In this document: positions 26,310 to 39,000 of the stretch, in pieces | Numbering within the stretch: position 1 is the first letter of the stretch | Layout of the letters: the number at the start of each line of letters is the position of its first letter | Source of the DNA: Podarcis pityusensis | Lineage: Eukaryota | Length of the DNA: 64,000 nt | Strand: one strand, 5' to 3' | Assembly (NCBI GenBank): GCA_964106645.2 | Contig: OZ067049.1 | Program-made: the position numbers and the translations under genes | The notes under the pieces: model-generated | The model's input: the letters and a program-made list of their open reading frames with translations, nothing else | Told to the model about the DNA's origin: nothing | The model's database searches: none

Positions 26310-26590
26310 AATATAAAAAGTGCTCCAGTCCAATTCACATTGAACCACTTGATGAATTCTAATTAGCAGTCTCCCTTTGATGTTATTTGTTCAAGGATGG
26401 CTACCAGATACAGTTGGTTGAAGAGGTTGAAAAGTGCTCCCATTGGTCTTTGGATATTGACATTTCTGGTTTCAAGTTTTTGTCCATGTATTGTTTTGTG
26501 TAGAGGCTGACCTGTTTGTTATTTCTAGAATGCAGAAGTAAGATTGTTGGGTTTGTTGCAGCAGACTAATACACCTTTCTCTCTCTAGAC
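26310..26590 (-). mobile_element. Probable Penelope-like element remnant
   Basis: tgatgaattctaattagcagtctccctttga...aggatggctacc and cagcagactaatac motifs resemble reptile Penelope GIY-YIG end sequences. Confidence 0.45.
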
Positions 26591-29554
26591 ACAAATGAAA
26601 ATGTTGCTTTTGCATTTACAGTGGTATGAGTACATTAAAAAATGTTATTGGCACGTGTAGTTTGTACTAATAATATTTACTATTTATGTTTGTATATGCC
26701 TTTACAAATAAACATGTTTCTGTTTTGTATTATGACACTAGAACACACTTAAGTTATTTTTCACTTCCAGACACAGGCCTATAATACAAAACTAGACAAA
26801 GAGTTATAACAGTGGCGACAATTGATGTTGAGAAGGTAAACACTGTAACACACTCCAGTCATTATTAGCAACAATATAAGTAGTGGTAGTAGCTGACAAT
26901 TAATTACTACTGGTCCAGTTTCCTCTGTTATTAACTTCAGTTAAGAAATATATCCAGCCTTTGGTTTCCACAATGGCAATTTTAATACCTGAGATATACG
27001 CTCAACCACTCAGCTAGAAGTACATCTCAGCTAGTGTGGCTAAATGTGCTCCCGCATGGGCCTGAAGAAGTGAACATCTGCCACTATTGGAGGTATTGCT
27101 GTGAACAGAAGACTGCCTTCCGATAAATGGGCATCATGAAGTTTTATAGAGTTGTAACCTCATTGCCTAGTAATTACATAGACTGCTCTTTACTGCCTTC
27201 ACACTTCTCAAATTAAATAATAGTTTTATTGTAATTGCACTTCTTATCTTCTAATCTCCTTTTGCTCCAAAAGCTCACATTTATCGGCACTGCCATTCAT
27301 TAAAGGGCTTGGATCTAAAAGTGCCTTATGCATTTGTGCACATTCTAGGTGTGCCACCTGGAATCCCACCAGATGACTGTACATTTCAGTCATAATAATT
27401 GTTGACAGCCCTAAGTTTTGAGAGGAGGAAAGTACGCTATCTGCCAGCATCAGATCTGCATTCAGATCTGTCATTTCATATTGCGGGACAGTAAACCACA
27501 TATATACAGGATCAGGCTTGAAGTTAGAAGGGAAGCTTGGTTTAAATATTGCAACATCGGCCAGGTTTGTGTGATACCACAGGATCAGTTATTATTTGGA
27601 TGAAGTAGTCCATGCACCTCCAAAGGCATTATTGTAGAATCTCTAGGTAAGACATCATGTGACAATGACTTTTGAAGCTACAGCTCCTTTTGTGTGTGGT
27701 TATGCAGTTATTATTTCTCACGTTTCCCCCAGTAGGAAGGATTAGAAGAAAGATGAACTTGATTTCTCTGCAGAATCCCTATCACATCTGTTTGCTTTTG
27801 CTGGGGATTTTCTAGTGAGGCCTGTTGGAATAGTATTGACCCAAAGATCAACGCTTAGGAAGACACAGGTTTAGGTATATTTGACACAAAACATTTTCAG
27901 GTTTGAACTATATCTTGAGCTACAGACATGTGGAATCACTAGACAACAGTGAGACCCAAACAAAAATGTCCAAACTTGGGGGGTGGGGACTTCCCAGATC
28001 ACTCATTTTGACTCTTGAGTATTTACTACACAAGTAGGACCCACCATAAAATGTTGCAGTGAATGCTCACATTCCAACAGAAGAACCTTTATTCAGTGTC
28101 TTTCAAATGATGCCCCCAAGCACAATGCTCAAATCTATTTCTCCTCTGATTTTATTTTGGAAACAAAATATTCCACATATCAAAATTGGGCTTTTGGTGC
28201 CCCCCCCCCACGTTTAGCTTTTTATGAAACTTTTCTTACATCCCTGCAAACCTTGCAGTTCCCTCAGACATGTGACCGCATTTCAGCTATATGCCTTTTG
28301 ACACTCACCACCTGAGTTTGCTGTTACAGGAGTGAAGCCATTTAATGAAGAGGCATTTTCCAAAAAATACATATATGTTCATAAGGGGAGAAACGTCTTT
28401 TTAGAATAGTATTCAGTATTCTTGGCTGACTCATGACACTGGGATAAGAGGAACAGAGGGTACATTGCTGGCATAATTATAGCTGCCTTTCCTTACAAAG
28501 GCAAACACTAAGTCCAAATCTTAATAAAATTGTTGTAGCCTTCTCACTAGGTACCAGGAGCTCATGAAAACCTAGAATTACATACTGAAAATCAAGGTGC
28601 TACATGGATGGATCCAGGAGAATCCCAAGCCTATGCAACTGACACAGAATGGCAGCAAAAACCCATCCCTGCAAATGTGGACATGCCACAATCCTATGTA
28701 AAGCAAGGTTAGGAAGTAGGATGGGGTAGGCATGGAATCCCTCCCACTTGCCACTCTAACCCTCTTAGATCATCCTCCCAAGTCCTCCCCACCCCTACAG
28801 CCAGATTCTGTTAACTTGTGGTGAACCCGTCTAGGATAAAAAGCACACGGAAGGCAGAGAAAAACACATAATCAGAGAATGTTGACCCATATTAGTCCTA
28901 TTCAGATACAAACAGGCAGGTGTCAGTGCACTAGATGCACAGTTGCCACCTATTTGTAGCATACAGTCAGCAAATCTTCCCTCATGCTTGTGCTTCTTTT
29001 GCAGAGATATCTATTTTCCAATACAGATATATTGCACAATTGTAAAACAAGTGGTGTCCCCCTATCTGTAGAAAGAGGAACACAAGATTTGAGCAAAAGC
29101 TTCCATATTTTATCAGCAGAAAAGCAGCAGCTTTTTAGGCAAGTTCTTATGGGAAAATGGGAAACCCACCAAGTTGCAAGAGCTTGTCTCCATTACAGCT
29201 GTCCTGCCTCTCATGTAACACAAGCAAAGGGTCTTACATGTAGGTAAGAAAGAGATTTTTATTCAGGCAGGCAAGCAGCAGTAGAGGCTTGGCATTGGAC
29301 ATACAGTTCAGGAGTCACAACTCAGGAGTTCAGGAATTGGACATGTTCAGAACTGGATTGGCACAACTGATCTCCTAACAGCTCCTATGCCTTGCCTTCC
29401 AAACTTTTAAAGTTGAGGTGTGATGTGCTCAGTTGCCAGATTCACTCACAAGAATGTCAGGATTGCAAATGCACACTCCTTTGTGGCAGGTAGCACCTGT
29501 TTCTAAACAACAATACTGTACTGCACTCACTTGTCCAGGCTCTTAATCAGTCAA

Positions 29555-29672
29555 TGCTGTCTCCAAGTAAGTTCTACTCAGAGTAGACCCACTAAAGTAA
29601 ATGAACCTAAGTTAAGCACATCATTAATTTCAGTGGGTTTACTCTGAGTGGGACTAGCACTGACTACAACCC
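29555..29672. repeat. Palindromic element family B copy
   Basis: ctactcagagtagacccactaaagtaaatga / tcattaatttcagtgggtttactctgagtgg. Confidence 0.7.
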
Positions 29673-30165
29673 ACTGTTCTATTCTGCTTTGGTCAGACCT
29701 TACCAGAAATACTACGTCCAGTCTTTGGCATCATAGTTTAAGGATATGAGAAAACTGCAAGGTTTTCAGTGGAGGACAACAAAGATGGTGAGGAGCCAAA
29801 AGACCAAATCCTGTGAGGAATAGTTGAAGGAGTTGAATATGTGTAGCCTGGAGATTATTCAGAGATGGTGTGATAGGGCTTCAATATTTGAAGGGCTGTC
29901 AGATGATAGAGCAAATTTATTTTCTGTTACTCCAGATGATAGGGCAAACCCATGGGTTCAAAATACAAGCAAAAAGAATTTAGACAAAACCTTAGAAAGA
30001 ACTTCCTGATAGTAGAAGCTGTTCAACAGTGTTGGGTTCCCTTTCATCACAGGTTTTAAAGCAGAGGGTATACAGCCACCCAACAAGAATCCTGTAATAG
30101 TGGGGCTTCCTGCATTGGACAGGGGTTGGATCTTTGAAGTCACTTCAAATTCTATGATTCTATAA
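29673..30165 (+). mobile_element. CR1 LINE 3' fragment
   Basis: attctgctttggtcagacct...gaaatactacgtccag...; ends in the CR1 tail attctatgattcta. Confidence 0.8.
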
Positions 30166-30254
30166 AGCAAATGAGTGTCCTCAAAATTATGGTCAGAATT
30201 GTTGCCAATCCTAGCAGTATGGCCAAAGTGTTAGTATTTTGCATTTATTCTTTT

Positions 30255-30800
30255 CTTTTTAAAATTTTATTTGTAATTTTCATTATTACCATTTCCAAAA
30301 TCACACTCCCATTCAAGCATACATTTCCACCATTAATATATTTCTTTTAATAAAAACATTCAATGGCTTCCCTTCTTCCCCTTCCCTGGTTCCTTTAATT
30401 TCCCTACCATTCCTGCATATTCTTATATATCCATTTAGATCACTTTCTCCCCTCATTCTTCGATGCTGATGCTGATGCTGATGTTGATGATGTATATTAT
30501 ACTGTGGAATTTACCTTAATGCTGCTAGCATTTTCACTTGTTTACAGTTATTTTCCAAATGCTCCACAAAGTTTTTCCACTCCTCCAAATACTCCACAAA
30601 GTTTTTCCACTCCTTTTTATATACTTGATTTATTGCTCTCTTATTTTACTTGTTAGACCTGCTAACTCGGCATATGTATTTTGCATTTATTCTTATCTAA
30701 ATGCACTGCTTCTTGCCAATAGCACAAATGGAAATTGCATGAACTAATTGTATGAACTAATCCTTGAACCTTGTGATGGGAATTTACTTTTAGAAACACA
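30255..30800 (-). mobile_element. L1-clade 3' fragment with internal tandem duplication
   Basis: Reverse complement resembles the 3' end of the L1 at ~6830-7250 (tatgccga...aagtggaaaaactttgtggagtatttgg); the segment ctccacaaagtttttccactcc occurs twice (30562 and 30592). Confidence 0.6.
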
Positions 30801-32092
30801 CTCCTGCACGTGGCCTTTGTGCAATATATGTATATATCTGCTATATTTGCTGCTTTGCAGACCTTCAGGGGAGGGGGGGAGACCGAGTATGCAGATTTTG
30901 TTTATAAGCCCAAACAAAGCCCTAAGTGTTTGCTACAGTAACCGTTATACCCTGCATGGTGCTGAGTACTTAGACACAAGACAACACAAGAAGCCAAGTA
31001 TGAACGCTTTATCCTTGTATTCAATAATTCAGTAAACCCGGCCAGAGGATTTCTCACCAGCTCTTTATTGCAATTCAGCCCAACACTTTCCCCCCTGAAA
31101 AGCCATAGGTTTAATAAACACACAGGGCTTACCCTTGAGCTCAGCATGGATCTTCAGTAAGTACTTTATGACAGATTTGCCACTTTTTTTAAAAAAAGAA
31201 GTTGCAGAAATCCCAATTGTTGGAGCTGATACTTATATCAAAGCTCCTCACCTCTAGGGTTTTATGTGCAACCTCTCAACTCCGAGCCTTGGAAATTGGG
31301 GACTGAACACATCAGAAGTGCAGAGAGAGGGATGAAAAGACAGCTTTCCCTGAAAGAAACTAATCATGGCATTCTATTTAGTTTGTTTATTTTGAGGTTT
31401 GTGTGTGTGTTTTTTAAAAAAACAAAGCAGAAATAAAACAGCTTTTATTAATAACAAATAATCTAATATTAACTGTTTTTATCACACTTTCTTTTAATCA
31501 CAGACAAAAAGCCTATAGAAAATAATCTTACTTTTTAATGAAAAAGTTATGCATACATGCCAGTTTTCATAGGAAGATACTCACCGTTTGCTAGAAGGCA
31601 GGTTTTGTACCAGGGATATGTGCCCAGGAATGTTGGGTGACTGCTATCTAAAATCTACATTTTATTTTTGGCAACATTAATTTACCCAACATTAAACCCC
31701 ATTGATTCTATTCAGGCTTGCTTATTTTTAAGTAGACATATATACTGTAAGTGAACTGCAAATATGCTATAAAAGAATGTTTGGAACAGGAAAATAGTAC
31801 TCCATGTTGTTGTTTTAATTTATTACCCTCCATCCTAAGGTTCCAGAGTGGGTTACAACAATTAAAACACACTATTAAAACTGTTTAAAAGAACTTACAT
31901 TCACAAAAACAAACACATTGTTTGAAATAGAATGTATTCATTCATATTCATGCCAATAAGCGTTTCACCTGCATAACTATCTGTATGCTAAATAGACATT
32001 AAAGGCATAGAAGCCTCTCACGTTTGACATTTACAAAATATACAACCTCTTAAAATATAAGAACTCCTTTTAAAAGAACCCTTTCCTTACAG

Positions 32093-32297
32093 CAGAGCTT
32101 TCCAAACTGTGTGTCATGACACGTTAGTGTGTTCGCTGCTGTGTGTAGGCGTGTCGCACAAACACTCCCCATGCTCCTCCCAGGGCTGGAAAGAGGTTAG
32201 TTTAACCTCTGGTTTGCTAGTAAAACTGGATTACTGTATCGCAAAATCATGCATCTCTCAAAAGTGTGTCACCAACATGAAAAGTTTAGAAAGCTCT
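32093..32297. mobile_element. hAT-type MITE
   Basis: TIRs cagagctttccaaact / agtttagaaagctct; no clean TSD. Confidence 0.7.
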
Positions 32298-32721
32298 TAG
32301 AGTCTTGAAAATTTGCCACTGTACTTTCTCCAATCACTTGCCCTCTTACAGAGGTATCCTGAACCCTGAGAACTGTGTTGGGGTTGGATACAATGGAAGC
32401 GTCCCTCCACTAGACTCTGCCAGCAGGGCCCCCACTACTGCACAACCACTGCTTAGGGCCCAATACTATGTCACGCTTACACCAGCTAAGCAGCATTATG
32501 AAGCAGTATGTCATTCTGCCTACACTGATAAAGCTGGATGCTCTGCTGGCAAAGCTGTTCTGACAAAGCAGGCAAAGAGAGGGTGGACATGAGTGTGCTG
32601 TAAGTGATGCCACATCTTAAAGTCCTGCATTACTTCAGAAACACCCACAATGGCAGGAAATCCAGTCAAAGGTACATCTCTCAGCAGAACCAATGGAGTG
32701 AACCTTCTTTCCATCTAGATA

Positions 32722-33540
32722 AAAAGGTAAAGGGACCCCTGACCGTTAGGTCCAGTCACAGATGACTCTGGGGTTGCAGTGCTCATCTCGCTTTACTGGC
32801 TGAAGGAGCCGGCATACAGCTTTCAGGTCATGTGGCCAGCATGACTAAGCCGCTTCTGGCAAACCAGAGCAGTGCACGGAAATGCTGTTTACCTTCCCGC
32901 TGGAGCGGTACCTACCGTATTTTTCACCCCATAGGGCACACCTAGTTCTTTTTTTGGGGGGGGAATAAAGAAAAAAAATTATTCCCCCCCCCCCCAGGCG
33001 CAGGGCTGGGTCGGGGGAAGCCCGAGCTTCCCCCGACCCCAGCCCCCAGAACAGGCTGTTATCCGCAAGCCTAGGGAGCCCGGCGGGAAGTCGCGCTGGG
33101 CTCCCTAGGGTTGCGGAGAGCTGCCTGAAGCCTGGGGCGAGCTCCACTGCGCTCCCCAGGTTTCGGGCTGCAGGCTGCTGTCAGCAAGCCTTGGGAGCCC
33201 GCGGGAGTTCCTGAAGCCTGGAGGATAGCTTCCTGAAGCCTGGAGAGTGGTGTGCACCGACCCGTCTCGCTCTCCAGGCTTCAGCGAAAGCCTGCATTCG
33301 CCCCATAGGACGCACACACATTTCCCCTTCATTTTTGGAGGGGAAAAAGTGCATCCTATAGGGTGAAAAATACGGTACAGTATTTATCTACTTGCACTGC
33401 GTGCTTTCGAACTGCTAGGTTGGCAGGAGCAGGGACCGAGCAACGGGAGCTCACTTCGTCACCGAGATTCGAACCGCCGACCTTCTGATCGGCAGACCCA
33501 AGCGGCACAGTGGTTTAACCCACAGCGCCACCTGCGTCCC
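32722..33540 (-). mobile_element. Sauria SINE interrupted by a MITE
   Basis: Reverse-complement homologue of 25664-26007; 14-bp TSD tttccatctagata at 32708-32721 and 33542-33555. Confidence 0.93.
32915..33375. mobile_element. Tc1/mariner-superfamily MITE (CCGTA-ended, GC-rich interior) nested in the SINE
   Basis: TIRs ccgtatttttcaccccatagg / cctatagggtgaaaaatacgg; TA TSD at 32913-32914 and 33376-33377. Confidence 0.92.
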
Positions 33541-35875
33541 ATTTCCATCTAGATAGGTCAATAAAATTGCACGAAAACTAAGCAACAAAGTGTTTCTCCT
33601 TCTGAACTCATAATAACAAGGTTCAGGCATAATAGTCAGCCTGGAATAGATATATCAGAGCAGGAAAATCTACCTACCAACCTGCCTCTTTTATGGGAAA
33701 ATAGATGATAGATTCATCATCAGTTGTAAATACTCATGTGTTTTACCTATGGGGTGGACCACACATGTGTAATATATTTTCCTAAACAAATATGGTCTCT
33801 TTTTAGATAATAGTGTATGCATCATTACTCACGACTGTCACTGAATATGTTTAGCTATGAGTATACAGCTGGGCAGACATTATTATTATTTTTATATAAG
33901 AAAAATCGCACATGGAAGCTTCCTCTAATTTAAAAAAAACCTATGGGATTATTAAGCATTCAGTGATTTTCTATAACCAAGATACAAGGATCCTTTCTTT
34001 GGAGTGTTATAATAAAACATATGAAAATACTAAGTGGCCATTAACGCTTCTTGTTTCTCTGCTTCTCTGCCCCTTTTCACCACCCCATAGCTTGTGAAAT
34101 GGCCCTTAGGGCGCATACCTTCACTCTTATATTTTATAGTTTTGCTTCAAGGACTGTCAAACAGGGATACTAAGATCCCACTTTCATGGGATACACTGGA
34201 GTGATAAACACCTACAGAAGTATTTAGCCATTATAGAATTGTATTTTATGAACTTTTAATATATGTTGTATGCTGTTGATAATTTTCAAGCTCTGAGAAG
34301 TTTTGCTTCCCCTCAAATGCATATGGTTCTGTTATACATCTCACCTGAGGCATTGTAAACCTCACAGAGGCACCTCTGTCTGTCTCTTACTTGGAATGTA
34401 ACTTAATGATTCACTGTCTTGCTTTGACTAACATGTCAGCTCAGGGAATGTGCCTCTCATGATGGCAAGAATGGTTTAACCTCTTAGGAACAGCAGATAT
34501 CCTAACTCCCATGTCACAAAATCTACCCAGATGAGAGGAAGATATCTGGCCATTGCATCTCCACAGATGCTTTACCTCCACACAACAGCTGTCATTTCTT
34601 ACTGCAGAAACAGTCATTTAGGGGCTGGTTTGAGGGGGAAATAGTATTCATTAACGGAATGAATAGAGTCTGCTTACATGATTTCGGTATGCTAAACTCT
34701 AGTAGTCCTTCATGGAGACTTTTCCCAGAAAGCTGCACAGTTGCATTGCATCACCTATCCTTGAAATGTGTGGCTTATGTTGAGTTTCAATAGTTTTAAC
34801 ATATCTATAATGAGAGGCATGCACTTCCTAGCTTTCACTGAGGCTCTGGGTGTACATGTCTCTTTCCCCTTACACTAACCAGTAAAAAGGGGAGGAGGGT
34901 AAACATTTTTTGCTCTTCCTCCTTCAGAGCTCTGGATCCATTACAATCCTTTGACCTGACAGATGGAGACTGGCTTCTAAAATGTTCTCTGATCATTTAA
35001 CCAGAATTTGTTTGAGTCTTCTAGCTAATGCCATATATGTATACTACATCCACTCTGTACATGCTTCTATACCAGTTTTCTGTCTATCTTGGTATTTTTC
35101 GGACATGGCTCCTGCCATAAGCAGGTCATTCTTATTTTCATTTATGAAACAGGCCTAAGGGTTATTTGTGAATGATCTCTGCTGCAAATAAAATATTCAC
35201 GGTTCTGTATTTTTAGTACCCTTTGGAAAATGTCTTGTGCTCCCTCTGCTGTTTTGATGGGAGCACTGAACTGACCAGATGTGCTACAGGAATTCAACAG
35301 CATAGGAGGTGTAACATGAAAACCTGTGGGCCATTTGTTAAATACATCCGTTCACAAGGATAAATAAAAAGAGGTGACAGATTCAGTCGTATATAACAAA
35401 AAGAAAATGCTATGAAAGTAAATCTAAAAAGAATTAGTGGAACTGGTGCATGTGTAAGTGCAAACACACACACAAACAAATTAAAACATCAGGAGCTAGC
35501 AAAAAATACACAGTGGGTATAATTCCACCAAAGTGAAGCTAGGCTGCATTGTTTTTAACTGAAGATTTGAGCATGTGCTTGACTCTTGTTTTGAAATCAT
35601 TTGGACATAAGATCTATTTAATAATATTGCATAATGGCTAATTGTTAAAGCCTCTAAGTTGTTTACAAAAAAACATAAAATATGTATTAAAATTGTCTAT
35701 AAAAGTCAGAAGTTGAATATAAGTTGGCCTAAAAATTATTCCAAATATAAAGAAAATCAATAGTTAAAAATGAAAACTATCGATTAAAATACATGTCAGT
35801 TTTACATATCTGACTAGGCTAGCCTAAACAAAAAAGGTTTTAGGAGGCACAGGAAACAATACAATGAGGTGCCTG

Positions 35876-35877
<2 letters not shown>

Positions 35878-35910
<33 letters not shown>
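35878..35910. repeat. (GT)n microsatellite
   Basis: Direct reading. Confidence 0.95.
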
Positions 35911-35911
<1 letters not shown>

Positions 35912-35955
35912 ACAATCAATAAATAACAAATAATTGGACTGAAGTATGGGAGCAC

Positions 35956-36093
35956 CAGGGCTTTTTTTTCCAGCCAGAACTTGCTGGAACTCAGTTCTGG
36001 TACCTCTCAGGTGGGCACTATTGCCATTATAAGAGAACATAGAAGGCGTTCATAGTGAGTTCCTGCACCTCTTTTTCAAGAAAAATAGCACTG
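35956..36093. mobile_element. hAT-type MITE
   Basis: Termini cagggctttttttt / aaaaatagcactg; inverted homologue at 46712-46824. Confidence 0.75.
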
Positions 36094-39000
36094 GGAAGGG
36101 CTCTATAAAATGCCTTGTTTCCATAAGACTGTTCACTGGCTAGCTTACATTTTGTAACGCATGCATAAAAGAAAATGAAATCAGAGCATATAGCCTGGCC
36201 AGTGTGGATGAGAATTCTGTTCTGTGCTTCAGAAACACTGGTTTCCAAACAACTGTTCAGAAGCATTTCATTTTCCTAATATCCCAGCACCCCAGCCAAG
36301 GAAGGCACACATCCAAGCACACTTACAGCAGCTCCTAAAGTGCAATGGATACACATGCACACATTCTTCTAGAGTCTAGGCAGCTTCCCCCAAGTCCATG
36401 CCCCACAGAGCAGTTGCAGCAACAGTGGGACCAAGCTCCTCACCACCACCTTATGTACCCTTATCTGATGGGATGTGCACATCCAACCTGAGGCTTCTCC
36501 TACACAGAAGTCGCCGTTCTCTCTTCTAGGAGACAGCAGAGCAGGGGATGGCAGGGTTCTGACTGGCCCACCTGCCTGAACCGCCTCTTCCTCTTCCTCT
36601 GACATGTCATACGCACCCACCTCCATCTCTGACTGCTTAGTTTACACCCTTCCTCTCCCCAACTCCTGCTCGGGCTCCTGCCTCGCAGATGGGGCCAAAC
36701 CCCATAAATCGCTGGGCCCCTTTCCTATAGTGAATAATTTGTGCCTATGTATGCAGTTTGTGCCTATACATGGGTGGTCCCTTAATGTGTAAGACCTTGT
36801 GCAGATGTCCAGTACATGGACAACAGGGATGCCATGAGCAGGGCCAGACAGTGTAATCCTAAGTCCCAAACACATGTAGAAGATGGGCATGTGCATAGGC
36901 CAAGTCTTTCAGAAAATGAACTTTAAAAGCAGTAGTTTAAGGCAAGATAAAATAAGCATGATTTCCCTACCAAATGGCTTCCTTGGTGCAAAATAAGAAT
37001 AAGAGAGGATAACAGGAACTATAAGATTGAGACTTGCAGTGAAATATGAAAAAAACACCTAATTTTGGAATGCAGAACAAATTACTTAAATGATAACCCC
37101 AGAATTACGTTTACTGAAACCAACAGATTTTAACATGAAAACAGACTACATATTTACATGTCCCTATACCACAGCTTTTGGCAATATCACCACGACAGTG
37201 ATTCTTTTTAAAACAAGCTTCCATTGGTTTGACCTTAAGTATCCCCACAGCTGTGTGGATCACATCAAACTGCCTTTTAGGTCTTGTGCTATTCACATGA
37301 GACTGAAAGCACTTCTAACTTTAAAAGGTCTGAGTGAAAAATGGAAGATATCATATTGGTGCTAGTTCATAGTATAATATCATCAAGGGTCCCGAATTTT
37401 TTTGCTGCCCAAGAGGAATTAAAACAGCCCTCCAACAGTTGTTGGACTCCAACCACCATCGGTCTCAGCCAGCACAGCCAATAGTGAGGAATGATGGGAG
37501 CTGTAATCTAACAACACCTGAAACTTAGAAAATCTGATGGTTCAAAGGCTCTCAGTAACACCTCATTGAATGCAGGAGATGCCACCCAACTGATGAGATG
37601 CCAAGCAGCATTTGTGCAAAGTACAGGGCCTACACAGTGTGGGGAGCAGATTTCTCTTCCTGGACTTCTTAGAATTCAGCAGAATTCCTGATCTGGACCT
37701 TGTGGAGAAATTAATTCTCTGCACCACAAGAATGTGTTTCAAAGCTTTACTGCAAAACAGTAAAATAAACATTACAAAATAACTAAGCAACACTTTATAA
37801 ACAAGCAATGAGGTTCAGTCCTTTATGCAGTTCAGTAAACCTTCCTCTCTCTGGTCCTAGAGGGAGATCCTAGGCTTGTTCATCAGTGCAGAACTTCCCT
37901 GCAACTTTTGTTGTTGCTGCTGCTATTACTAGCCATCTCCAACAAGCACACACAGGCTTCTCAAGTTTCAGCTCCCCTTTGTGAAAGCTCTGCAGCTCAT
38001 GTTTTCAGATATGAGCCATCAGGTAGATTATCTTACTCTAATGGAAAAATATCAACCTTCTCTAATGCTTTTGCCAGAGTGGAACCTTTTTGCCTAAGGT
38101 AAGAGTTCTACTGTATATGAATGTGTAAATATTTACCTAGGGAAAATTATTTTTGTGAATACATCCAAATAATTTGGATGACCAGTGTCTGGGTAGTTCT
38201 TATATCATTGCAGGTATGATGCTACTATTCCTCTATGGGCTGAGGTTGGAGCTTTTGTCCAGCAAATGACCACATTACAACCACAGCTAAAAATTGAAAT
38301 TTGGTCTGCTGTGACCCAAATGATTTCTTCTCTCCCTAAATCATGTTTCATTCCCCTATTTTGTTCAATTCTGGAAGTAAACACAGAGTTTTGAAAGAGG
38401 AGAAAAAGAATCCGCCTTGAATTTTTTGTAACAGAAGTAGCATCTGATTGATTCCAACAGACCATACTTTCCAATAAGTTACATTCAGGAATTTGGCCTA
38501 AAACTGCAAACTTTCCTGGGAGCAGGCCCATAGGCCCATAGAACACATACCTGCTTCAGAATAAATATGTGTAGGATTACTCTGTAAACCTGTCAGTAGA
38601 GTCTCAAAAGACAAAGGACACCAATAGCATCCAATTACTCTGCTGGGCAAGGAGCCTCATTGAACTGGTCAGGCCCTGTGCCAATAAATGATTGCATCAA
38701 TGGAGGTAGGAAGAAGCCTCACTTGTCCCTTGCCTTCCCCTTATTGCCTTCCTGGGCCTTTTCAAGCTGGCTTCTCCATTCAGAAAAGATTTTTCTATGA
38801 CAGGCCAATGAGGAGGATTAAAGAGCAATTAAGCCCAATAAATTATCTTCCTAAAACATTTTTTAAAAATATCCACTGTGCTGAAGCAAAGTTACTGCCG
38901 CTTCATTTCCCCTGTGAAGGGGGATCAAGGCAGATCAAACAGCCTTAGACCTGCTGACGCGCCCCTCTTTTGCTTAACACAGGACTCATAGTGGCCTGCA

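Noticed and set aside
36369-36626. ORF with acidic run MSEEEEEAVQAGGP
   Set aside because: No domain or splice support; probably part of an LTR-like repeat that I cannot delimit.
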